A stretch of DNA of 64,000 nt from Mobula hypostoma. Its lineage: Eukaryota. The notes beneath the pieces are model-generated. The model was given only the letters and a program-made list of their open reading frames with translations. It had not been told where the DNA came from and searched no databases. Every line of letters begins with the position of its first letter. The stretch's first letter is position 1. The stretch is from the NCBI RefSeq assembly GCF_963921235.1, contig NC_086118.1, forward strand, positions 23,624,001-23,688,000, written 5' to 3'. Below, piece after piece: positions 53,713-64,000 of the stretch. Both the position numbers and the translations under genes were made by a program.

Positions 53713-54159
53713 CAGATATTTGTATCAATCTCACAATAATGCTAAAATATGTTGTTGCAAACAATTTTCTCATTTGGTTGGGATTGCTTCTTTTTTGTCC
53801 TTCTGATGCAATCTTAATTTAAAGGAGAAGAATTTGTTCTTGCTTGCTTTCACTAAATATATGTAGGAGTACTAATTGCCAGTTGTGTTCATCACATATT
53901 TAACTTTATTCACTACAGAAAATAGATATCATAGTTACCCTGCTCTCCCCATAAATTTAGTACTGGTCAGGATCTTCTTTGATTTGAAATGAACAACATT
54001 TATAAAAAGGGTCAGTTCAGAGGTTCAAGCTTTTCAGGACCTGGAAAGCACGTGATAACAATTGTCTTTCGTAAGGGCTTTATGGTATAAAGACAGTTTA
54101 AATTATTTATTTTATATCCTCATGCTACAAAATAAAATCTCTCTTTGCTTTCATTAGCC

Positions 54160-54372
54160 ATAGAGTGGTGAATCTGTGGAATTCTTTGCCACAGCCAGCT
54201 GTAGAGGCCAAGTCTTTATGTATATTTAAGGCAGAAGTTGATGGATTTTTGATTGCTCAGAGCAGGAAGGGATATGGGGAGAAGGCAGGAGATTGGGGCT
54301 GAGAGGAAAATTGAATCAGCCATGATGAAATGACAGAGCAGACTCGATGGGCCAAATCGTCTTATCGTCTGA
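54160..54372 (+). mobile_element. CR1 3' fragment
   Basis: AGAGTGGTGAATCTGTGGAATTC...GCAGACTCGATGGGCCAAAT. Confidence 0.8.
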
Positions 54373-54547
54373 TAGTCTTTCAGAATTTAATTTTCACTTT
54401 GGAGTACTTTACATAATACCTCAAAATACGGAGATATTCATTACACATTAATAATTAAAGTTACTTGAATGCCAATTCAAACTGTGTTGCTTTTTAAAGA
54501 TTGGTCCTATTGGTGGTCCAATGAAAAGAGGTCTATTACATTTAAAA

Positions 54548-54630
54548 TTCAAGAGATTCTGCAGATGCTGAAGATCCAGAACAAAGACAGACAAAATGTT
54601 GAGGAACTCAGCAGGTCAGGCAACATCTTG
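54548..54630 (-). mobile_element. Penelope 3' tip
   Basis: GAGATTCTGCAGATGCTG...GAGGAACTCAGCAGGTCAGGCAACATC. Confidence 0.65.
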
Positions 54631-54823
54631 GGCAAGCCTATCACTAAATCTTATAGCAGCATTCAACATTCCTCTGATTGACACAGCCCTTTCATGATAA
54701 TTTCCAAATTTATATTCCAGCACAAAAGTAGCTCACAATGGCTGGAGTCTAATATAAATAACCACAACTAAGCTATCTTTACAGAACATAATTCTGGGAC
54801 TCACATCAATAGTTTAGGATTTT

Positions 54824-55367
54824 TAGATTATGAGAACACTCAGTCCTCTTTTATTGTCATTTAGAAATGCATGCATGCATTAAGAAATGATACGGTGTTT
54901 CTCCGGAGTGATATCACAGAAAATAGGACAAACCAAAGACTAACACTGACAGAACCACGTAATTATAACATTTAGTTACAGCAGTGCAAAGCAATACCAT
55001 AATTTGATGAAGAAAAAACCATGGGCATGGTAAAAAAAATTCTCTAAGTCCCCGAGTCGATCAACTCCCGAGTCCCCGATAGCAGGCGGCAAAAGGGAGA
55101 AACTCCCTGCCATAAACCTCCAGGCCATAAACCTCCAGGCACCATCAACTTGCTGATGCCTTGGAAGCAGCCGACCACAGCCGACACTGAGTCCGTCCGT
55201 CCGAAAACTTCGAGCCTCCAACCAGCCCCTCCAATACAGCCTCCCGAGCACCATCCTCTGCTGACCGCCTTTGACCTAGTCCCGGCCGCTGAAACAAGCA
55301 AAGCCAAGGATTTGGGGCCTTCTGCTCCAGAAATTCCGGTTACCACACAGTAGCAGCAGCAGCGAAG
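54824..55367 (-). mobile_element. Second, 5'-truncated copy of the (AATCT)n-tailed retroposon
   Basis: Reverse-complement similarity to ~44030-44550. Confidence 0.8.
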
Positions 55368-56135
55368 TTAATAAATATTTAATAAAGTTAATAAGTTAGT
55401 TAATAAACAGTTAATAAACATTTTAGTTTTAATCAAGCAAAATAAATAATGAGACAGACTAATTTTAACATGAAGTTTTTTTCAATGTGCAGTGAACTAT
55501 TAAAGGGCATTGTGTTCAAAATTTTCCTAATTTCTTTGGTATATTTGAAATGATCACATTATAACATAAATGAAATAGCAAACAATGCTCATGTAGACTA
55601 TACCTATTGCAGAAGCTGGGTTATTTAAAAAATCATCCAGCACTTTATGGATGATTAAGATAGGCAAGCTGCTTACTGAATGTTTCTCATGCAGGCAGAT
55701 CTTTGGCATCAGCTAACTCAGTAATATACTGAGAATTAATGTTCATGTCAAATTCTGCCTACTGAGTGCTCTGCGTGTTGCAAACTACAGTATATATGAT
55801 TATGGGTATGCACATACAGTAAATTTGCAGTCAATACTATAGAGATTTAACTATAGTGTTCCCATTCATCTGTACAGCAGAGTAGAATAGAGATCAAATA
55901 GGTTCTATATAAAAATTGCAATACAACATTATATTCTTGTAATCGTAAGTGCTCAGTCAAACTTAAGATGCTCATAACATTGTGACCTTGATGCAGGGAA
56001 GGTGTCAACTGACCATAAAAGTATATGAAATAGGAGCAGACAACAGGAATTCTGCAGATGCTGGAAATTCAAGCAACACACATCAAAGTTGCTGGTGAAC
56101 GCAGCAGGCCAGGCAGCATCTATAGGAAGAGGCGC

Positions 56136-56171
56136 AGTCGACGTTTCAGGCCGAGACCCTTCGTCAGGACT
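56136..56171 (-). ncRNA. Minimal type I hammerhead ribozyme motif, intact
   Basis: AGUC-CUGACGA-AGGGUCUCGGCCU-GAAAC-GUC-GACU. Confidence 0.8.
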
Positions 56172-56817
56172 AACTGAAGGAAGAGTGAGTAAAGGATTTG
56201 AAAGCTGGAGGGGGAGGGGGAGATGCAAAATGACAGGAGAAGACAGGAGGGGGAGGGACAGAGCCGAGAGCTGGACAGGTGATAGGCAGAAGGGGATACG
56301 AGAGGATCATGGGACAGGAGGTCCGGGAAGAAAGACAAGGGGGGGGGTGACCCAGAGGATGGGCAAGAGGTATATTCAGAGGGACAGAGGGAGAAAAAGG
56401 AGAGTGAGAGAAAGAATGTGTGCATAAAAAAGAGTAACAGATGGGGTACGAGGGGGAGGTGGGGCCTAGCAGAAGTTAGAGAAGTCAATGTTCATGCCAT
56501 CAGGTTGGAGGCTACCCATACGGAATATAAGGTGTTGTTCCTCCAACCTGAGTGTGGCTTCATCTTTACAGTAGAGGAGGCCGTGGATAGACATGTCAGA
56601 ATGGGAATGGGATGTGGAATTAAAATGTGTGGCCACTGGGAGATCCTGCTTTCTCTGGCGGACAGAGCGTAGATGTTCAGCAAAGCGGTCTCCCAGTCTG
56701 CGTCGGGTCTCACCAATATATAAAAGGCCACATCGGGAGCACCGGACGCAGTATATCACCCCAGTCGACTCACAGGTGAAGTGATGCCTCACCTGGAAGG
56801 ACTGTTTGGGACCCTGA

Positions 56818-57390
56818 ATGGTGTTTCTCCGTAACTTCCGCCACCTCCAACGGGATCCCACCACTAAGCATATCTTTCCCTCCCACCCTCTCTCTGCATT
56901 CCGCAGGGATCGTTCCCTACACAACTCCCTTGTCCATTCGAAACCCCCATCCCTCCCCACTGATCTCCCTCCTGGCACTTATCCGTGTAAGCGGAACAAG
57001 TGCTACACATGCCCTTACACTTCCTCCCTTACCACCATTCAGGGCCCCAAACAGTCCTTCCAGGTGAGGCATCACTTCACCTGTGAGTCGACTGGGGTGA
57101 TATACTGCGTCCGGTGCTCCCGATGTGGCCTTTTATATATTGGTGAGACCCGACGCAGACTGGGAGACCGCTTTGCTGAACATCTACGCTCTGTCCGCCA
57201 GAGAAAGCAGGATCTCCCAGTGGCCACACATTTTAATTCCACATCCCATTCCCATTCTGACATGTCTATCCACGGCCTCCTCTACTGTAAAGATGAAGCC
57301 ACACTCAGGTTGGAGGAACAACACCTTATATTCCGTATGGGTAGCCTCCAACCTGATGGCATGAACATTGACTTCTCTAACTTCCGCTAG
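56818..57390 (+). CDS. Penelope-like C-terminal fragment: Cys-rich linker plus GIY-YIG endonuclease, 5'-truncated
   Basis: CKRNKCYTC linker; GVIYCVRCSRCGLLYIGETRRRLGDRFAEH..HF..LEEQHLI..GMN. Confidence 0.9.
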   Translation: MVFLRNFRHLQRDPTTKHIFPSHPLSAFRRDRSLHNSLVHSKPPSLPTDLPPGTYPCKRNKCYTCPYTSSLTTIQGPKQSFQVRHHFTCESTGVIYCVRCSRCGLLYIGETRRRLGDRFAEHLRSVRQRKQDLPVATHFNSTSHSHSDMSIHGLLYCKDEATLRLEEQHLIFRMGSLQPDGMNIDFSNFR

Positions 57391-57684
57391 GCCCCACCTC
57401 CCCCTCGTACCCCATCTGTTACTCTTTTTTATGCACACATTCTTTCTCTCACTCTCCTTTTTCTCCCTCTGTCCCTCTGAATATACCTCTTGCCCATCCT
57501 CTGGGTCACCCCCCCCCCCGTCTTTCTTCCCGGACCTCCTGTCCCATGATCCTCTCGTATCCCCTTCTGCCTATCACCTGTCCAGCTCTCAGCTCTATCC
57601 CTCCCCCTCCTGTCTTCTCCTATCATTTTGCATCTCCCCCTCCCCCTCCAGCTTTCAAATCCCTTACTCACTCTTCCTTCAGTT

Positions 57685-57720
57685 AGTCCTGACGAAGGGT
57701 CTCGGCCTGAAACGTCGTCT
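57685..57720 (+). ncRNA. Minimal hammerhead ribozyme motif with one stem I mismatch
   Basis: AGTC-CTGACGA-AGGGTCTCGGCCT-GAAAC-GTC-GTCT. Confidence 0.75.
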
Positions 57721-57788
57721 GCGCCTGTTCCTATAGATGCTGCCTGGCCTGCTGTGTTCACCAGCAACTTTGATGTGTGTTGCTTGAA

Positions 57789-60700
57789 ATAGGAGCAGAA
57801 TTAGATCGTTCAGCTCGTCGAGGCTGCTCTGCCATTCCAACGTGGCTGATTTATTATCCCTCTCAACCACATTCTCCTGCCTTCTCTTCATGTGTACTGA
57901 CTAATCAAGAACCTTTCAACCTCCACTTTAAGTATACCAAATGACTTTCCCTCCACAGCCATCTGTGGCAAAGAATTCCACAGACTTACTACCCATTGGC
58001 TAAAGAAATGGATGCCCCTCTATTCTGAGTCTGTGCCCTCTGGTCCTAGACTTCTGCACTACCGGAAACATCATCTTGACATTCACTCATCTAGGCCTTT
58101 CAATATTCAATAGATTTCAATTAGATCCCCACCCGATCTATTAAACTCCAGTCTGTACAGATACAGAGTCATCAAATGCTCCTCATACATTAACTCTTCC
58201 ACTCCTGGAATCATTCTCATGAACTTCCTCTGGACTCCCCTCAAATGCTAGCATATCTTTTTCTGAGGTAAGTGCCCAAAACTGCTCACAATACTCCAAA
58301 TGTGATCTGATCAGTGCCTATAAAGCTTCAGCATTACATCTTTGCTTTTATGTTCAAGTCCCCTCAAAATAAATGCTAACATTGGATTTGCCTTCCGTGT
58401 CACCAACTCAACTTGCAAGCTAACCTTTGGCAAATCGTACACGAGGACTCCCCAGTCCCTTTGCACCTCTGATTTTGAATTTTCTTCCCATTTAGAAAAT
58501 AGTCTACACCTCTATTCCTCCTGTAGAGTACATGGCCACACACTTCACTACACTAATTTCCATCTGCTACTTCTTTGCCCATTCTCTCAATCTGTCTCAA
58601 TCCTTCTGCAGACTCTTTGCTTTCCCAACACTACCTGCCCTTCCACTTACCTTCATATTGTCTGCAAGCTTGGCCACAAAGCCATCAATTCATCATTCAA
58701 ATCATTGATTTATAACATGGAAAGAAATAGTCCCAACACTGACCCCTTCAGAACATCACTAATCACTAGTAGCCAACCAGAAATGGCTCCCTTTATTCGC
58801 ACTCTTTGCCTCCTGTAATTCAGCTAATCTTCTATCCATGCTAGCAACTTTCTATAATATCATAAGCTATAATCTTGTTAAGCAGACTGACGTGTGGCAC
58901 CTTGTCAAACACTTTCTGAAAATCCAAGTAAACAACATCCACCGACTCCCCTTTGTCTATCTTGCCTGTTGTTTCCTCAGAGAATTCCAACAGATTGTTA
59001 GGCAAGATTTGCCCTTAAGAAAATCATACTGACTCTGGCCTGTTTTATCATGCGCCTCCAAGTACAGTACCTAGCAGCCTCCTTCTTATTAATGCATGCC
59101 AGCATCTTGGCAAGAACTGAAATTGGGCAAACCATCCTATAATTTCCTTTCTTCTGCCTCCCTCCCTTCTTGAAGAGTGGAATGACATTTGCAATTTTCC
59201 AATCCTCAGGAACCATTCCAGAATCTAGTGCTTCTTGAAAGATCATTACTAATGCCTCCACAATCTCTTCAGTGGCCTCTTTTAGAACCATGGGGTGTAG
59301 TCCATCTGGTCCAGGTGACTTATCTACCTTCTGACCTTTCAGTTTCCCAAGCACCTTCTCCTTACTAATAGCAACTACACTTATTTCAGCCCCCTTACAC
59401 TCTTGAATTTCTACTATACTGCTACTGTCTTCTACAGTGGAAACTGACACAAAATTCTTCTTAAGTTCATCCACCATTTCATTGTTCTCCAATACTATCT
59501 TTCCAGTGGTCCAATATCCGCTCTCGGCTCCCTTTTAATCTTTATATATCAGAAAAAGCTTTCTGTATCCTCTTTTATATTATTGACCAGCTTACCTTCA
59601 TATTTCACCTTTTCTTTCCTTATGGTTTTCTTAGTTGCTTTCTGTTGGTTTTTAAAAGCTTCCCAATCCTCAAATTTTCCATTAAATTTTGCTGTATTAT
59701 ATGCCATTACTATTGCTTTTATGCTATCTTTGACTTCCCTTGTCAGCCACAGTTGTATCATCCTCCCTTTAGAATACTTCTTCATCTTTGAGATGTACTG
59801 TATCCTGCACCTTCCAAATTGCTTCCAGAAACTCCAACCATTGTTGTTCTGCCATCATCCCTGCTAGAGTCTCCTTTCAATCAAGTTTGGCTAGCTTCTC
59901 TCCCATGCCTCTGTAATTCCCTTTACCCCATTTTAATACAGATACATCTGACTTTACTTCTCCTCTAAAACTGCAGGGCAAATTCTACAATGTTATGTTC
60001 ATTTACTCCTAGAGGTTCCTTTACCTTAAGCTCTGTAATCAAGCCTGGTTCATTACACAAAACTGAATACAGAATTACCTTTCTCCTAGTGAGCTCAACC
60101 ACAAGCTGCTCAAAGGTATTCTACAAATTATATCTCTTGGGATCCAGCACCAACCTGATTTTCCCAATCTACCAGCATATTGAAATCCTCATGACCATCA
60201 TTTGCCCTTTTTACATGCCCTTTTCTATCTTCTATTGTAATTTGTACCCCTTAACTTGGCTACTGTTTGGTGGCCTGTATATAACTCTCATCAGGGTCTT
60301 TTTACCCTTGCAATTTCTTAACTCCACCCACAAAGATTACATATGGTACCTTCTGATCCTATGTCACTTCTTTCTGAGGATTTAATTTTTATTTTTTTAC
60401 TAACAGAGCAAACTCTGCATACCGATCTGTCATTCTGATACAAGGTTTATCCTTGGATGTTAAGCTTCCATCTATCATATTCTTTCAGCTATGACTTAGT
60501 GATGCCCACAATGTTAAACCTGCCAGTTTTTAACTGTGCTACAAGATCATCTTTCTTATTCCATATACTGTGAGCATTCAGATTTAACACCTCTAGTCCT
60601 GTGTCTATCACCCTTTTCAGTTTTGCTCCAATGTTGCGCTTCATTTCATCTCTCTGACTGCAATTTTCCCTTATCATCTGCTTGTCATCCTCACAGTCTC

Positions 60701-61729
60701 ACTACACACTGCATCTACTTGTATACCAACAGCCCCATCCTTAGTCCTATCACTCCAATTCGCATCCTGTTACCAGATTAGTTTAAATCCTCCCAAACGG
60801 CTTTAGCAAACCTGCTCACAGGGATATTGGTTCCTCCTGGGTTCAGATGCAACCCATCCCTTTTGGACAGATCGTACTGTACCTTCCCCAGAAGAGATTC
60901 CAATGATGCAGAAATTTGAACACCTTCACTCTGCATCAATTCCTCAGCCATGCATTCATCTGTCAAATCATCCCATTCTTACCCTCACTTTCAAGTGGCA
61001 CAGGCAGCAATCCAGAGATTACGACCATGGAGGTCCTGCTTTTTGGGTTTCTACCTAACTCCCTACATTCTTCCTTCAGGACATTCTTCCTTTTCCTACC
61101 TATTTCTTTAGTAACAATGCATACCGAGACTTCTGGCTCTTCATTCTTACACTTTAGAATGCTATGGTCCTGGTTGGAGACATCTCTGTCCCTGGCACCT
61201 GGGAGGGCAACATACCATCCGGATGTCTCTTTCACCTCCACAGAATCTCCTTTCAGCTCCCCAAACTATGGAATCCTTATCCCTGCTGCACTCTTCTCTA
61301 CCTTCCCCTTCTGAGCCATAGAGTCAGACTTAGTGCTAGAGACCTGACGGCTATGGTTTTCCTCTGCTATATCATCCCTCCAACAGGAGCCAAGATGGTT
61401 TACCTGTAGTTGAGGGCAATGGCCATAGGGGTTCTCTGTACTGGCTGCCTATTCCCTTTCCCCTCCTGATAGTCACACAGTTACCAGTGCCCTGCAGCTT
61501 GGGTGTAACTACTTCCCTGTATGTCCTATCGATCAACTCCTCAGCCATCCAAATGATCTGGTTTTCATCCATTCCCAGCTCCAATTTCTTATCACGGGAT
61601 GAAAACAACTGCAGCTAGATGCACTTCTTGCAGGTGTAGTCAATGGCATTACTGGAGCTTTCCCTGCCTTCCCACATCCCACAAGAGAAGCATTCCTCTG
61701 TCCTGCCTGGCATCCCCATGGCTCTAACT
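57789..61729 (-). mobile_element. Old near-full-length CR1 LINE (3' tip at ~56012-56040; 5' part probably resumes after 62598)
   Basis: ORF2 remnants (LNAHSIWNK, KSPGPDG) and ORF1 remnants. Confidence 0.9.
60778..61700 (-). pseudogene. CR1 ORF1 remnant (N-terminal Cys motif plus SGNH/GDSL esterase-like domain)
   Basis: LPGARDRDV, VVISGLLPVP, DGLHLN motifs. Confidence 0.8.
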
Positions 61730-61821
61730 CAGCGGTCCCCAACCACCGGGCCGCGAGGAAACGATATGAGTCAGCTGCACCTTTCCTCATTCCCTGTGTC
61801 ATGCACAGTTGAACTTGAACA

Positions 61822-62496
61822 TAGGGTTGCCAACTGTCCCGTTTTTGCCGGGACATCCCGTACATTGGGCTAAATTGGTCTGGCCTATACGGGACCGCCC
61901 TTGTTCCGTATTTCCTCTGTTAAGGTAGAGCATTTCTATGAAACCTTTCGTGCCGAAGTGGCGTAAAGCGAAGAAGCAATTACCATTAATTTATATGGAA
62001 AACAATTTTGAGTGTTACCAGACCCAAAAAATAACCTACCAAATCATACCAAATAACACATAAAATCTAAAATAATTCTAACATATAGTAAAAGCATTAA
62101 TGATATGATAAATACACAGCCTATATGAAGTAGAAATAATGTATGTACAGTATAGTTGGGAAGATTAAGCCAAAACCAATTTGTGGGGGGAAAAAATCGG
62201 CCCGTACGCGCATGCGCACGTCACAAATGCGAACGTCATGCGTGCGCACACAGGAGCCCGCGCAAGGCTTCATGGTCATGGTAGTCTACTCAGGGTAAAC
62301 ACAAGTGTCTCGTCAACACACACAAAAAGTGCTGGTGAATGCAACAGGCCAGGCAGCATTTATAGGAAGAGGTACAGTCGACGTTTCGGGCCGAGACCCT
62401 TCATCAGGATTTGACTGCTACTTTTGTCCCTTATTTGGGAGTGAGAAAGTTGGCAACCTGAACTGTAAAAGACATGTTGAGGTGAGTTTAACCCTA
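61822..62496. mobile_element. Inner hAT (Tip100-like) non-autonomous element
   Basis: TAGGGTT...AACCCTA termini; 8-bp TSD CTTGAACA at 61814-61821 and 62497-62504. Confidence 0.8.
62313..62409 (-). mobile_element. Penelope 3' tip with intact hammerhead core (62376-62409)
   Basis: Minus strand TC-CTGATGA-AGGGTCTCGGCCC-GAAAC-GTC-GACT. Confidence 0.8.
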
Positions 62497-64000
62497 CTTG
62501 AACATCCCCCCCGCCCCCAGTTCGGCCGGTCCGCAAGAATATTGTCAATATTAAACCGGTCCGCGGTGCAAAAAAGTTTGGGGACCCCTGCTCTAACTGA
62601 TAGACGGAAAGAATTAACAATTAAATTAAATAATCTAACTACTGCCTTTGTGAGCCAATGCTGAACTCCCCACTCTAACACAGGCCCACCCACACAATGG
62701 TCGCTCCCAGAATGGCCACTCCACTTAAACCTAACTTACTTTAAATGGCCTTTACTAAATGTCTAATTTTGCACAGTCCAATGTCTCCTTGGGAACTGGA
62801 TCCTGAATGATGGAGATATATTTAATCATAGGCAGGATTATGAGTATCTGGAAAAAGTTTGATAAGTAATTCCTGGTAAATCTGTTAGTAACAGTTTGAT
62901 ATTGTTATCTTTGAGAAAGCAATATTTATGAAAATATAGCATTTCTGACACCTGCCCACACATTACAAAACATTAATAAAATTATTTTCTGTATTAATTG
63001 CAAGATTTCCTCTCTGCTCTAATTAAACTTTCTTAGATATATTATAGAAATGGAAACCATAGATCTTAGAATACTTAAAACAATAAATGTAACATATACC
63101 ATGCTGTGATGTCTATATTCTAATAACAAAATTCATAGCAAAATTTTGGTAGATATTCTGATAAAAAGTATAGCTGACCAGATCCAACCATCAAATACAA
63201 CTTTTCTTTTAGTAGATCTGCCTTCAGCCAGCTTGAAGTCTTCTTATCTCGGTGAGGAAAACATTAAACAAACTGAGTTTTTTTTTCCTTAGAACCTTCA
63301 AGGCTTCCTTTGTGACCCACTTTTCTTTTCAGAATCTGAAGATGTAGTTATGAAAAATTCATGCTGTTCAGTTCTACAACATTTTCATAAACCCACGGAC
63401 ACCATGTGGGAGTTCTCAGCACAATATGTCTATGTAGATCAAGCTCAGTCAGCCTAATCTTCACCATAAATGACAGATCAATCCCATCATTCCCAAGGGC
63501 TAAGAGTAGCCTGAGGAGGATAACGAATGTATCCTCACCAAATGACCTCAGAAATTTCCTGCTTACACATGACCTCAGAGGCAAGCTGTTCAATGTTTTT
63601 TTTTTGTTGTTTTTGATGGATTTTTGTCATTGAACTATTTTGATCTGTAGTACTCATTTTTGTCTGTAAGACATGATCAATCTGAACACCAAGGGAATTA
63701 TAATCTACAGCAAACTCTATTGTAACAGAGATTAAAGTACACTAATATAGAAATACAACCATAGCTACACACAATGATTGGGCAACATATGTGCTATCCT
63801 TTGCTACTAAACTTTTTGCTCCAATATCCCAGAAATTCAGAGATGAAACTTTTAATACCAAATTGGACATGTTTTAATATATACAACAGGGAACACATTT
63901 CTACCCCAAAGGGATTCCGGTCTATCAGTGGTGTGGCGAAACTGAGGTCAACATTATTAAAGTACTTGCTTTTGTGTAAATGTGTGCATTATTTCAAGAT

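Larger units (their letters stand above)
56041..57788. mobile_element. Young Penelope-like (Neptune-type) insertion forming a large inverted repeat
   Basis: Arms 56068-56823 and 57033-57788; flanking repeat TGAAATAGGAGCAGA at 56026-56040 and 57785-57799. Confidence 0.95.
61730..62590. mobile_element. hAT (Charlie-like) non-autonomous element
   Basis: TIRs CAGCGGTCCCCAA and TTGGGGACCCCTG; 8-bp TSD CTCTAACT at 61722-61729 and 62591-62598. Confidence 0.9.

Noticed and set aside
56089..57767. Duplicated short ORF pairs (112, 122, 84, 79 and 63 aa)
   Set aside because: Alternative frames of the Penelope inverted repeat, not separate genes
63333..63457. Possible terminal exon after TTTTCTTTTCAG (SEDVVMKN...QSA*), and overlapping ORF 63348-63593
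   Set aside because: No recognisable protein and no linked upstream exons
1..64000. CRISPR arrays, prokaryotic operons, rRNA or viral genes
   Set aside because: No repeat-spacer periodicity or such coding signal; every recognisable ORF derives from a eukaryotic transposon

Overview
Eukaryotic, AT-rich, repeat-dense DNA. I found no host gene that I can support, so this is probably intergenic or a large intron. The repeat set (V-SINEs, CR1 with SGNH ORF1, Rex1/Babar, Neptune-type Penelope) suggests a vertebrate, probably a cartilaginous fish; this is inference only. The window contains two decayed Gypsy LTR retrotransposons (one Mag-like, cut by the left edge; one complete CsRn1-like with a GTCC TSD), three TSD-flanked solo LTRs, CR1/RTE/Rex1 LINEs (one CR1 keeps a 606-aa open RT frame), SINEs, a Tc1 derivative and nested hAT MITEs. 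Three signals stand out. (1) A Penelope-like family inserts as tails-out hairpins, the largest with 756-bp arms, and carries a minimal hammerhead ribozyme motif whose loopless ACGU stem III should need dimerisation. (2) A Gypsy 5' LTR contains an inverted copy of its own gag start. (3) Several 3-4 level nested insertions can be resolved by TSDs. All alignments were done by eye; boundaries not anchored by a TSD are approximate.
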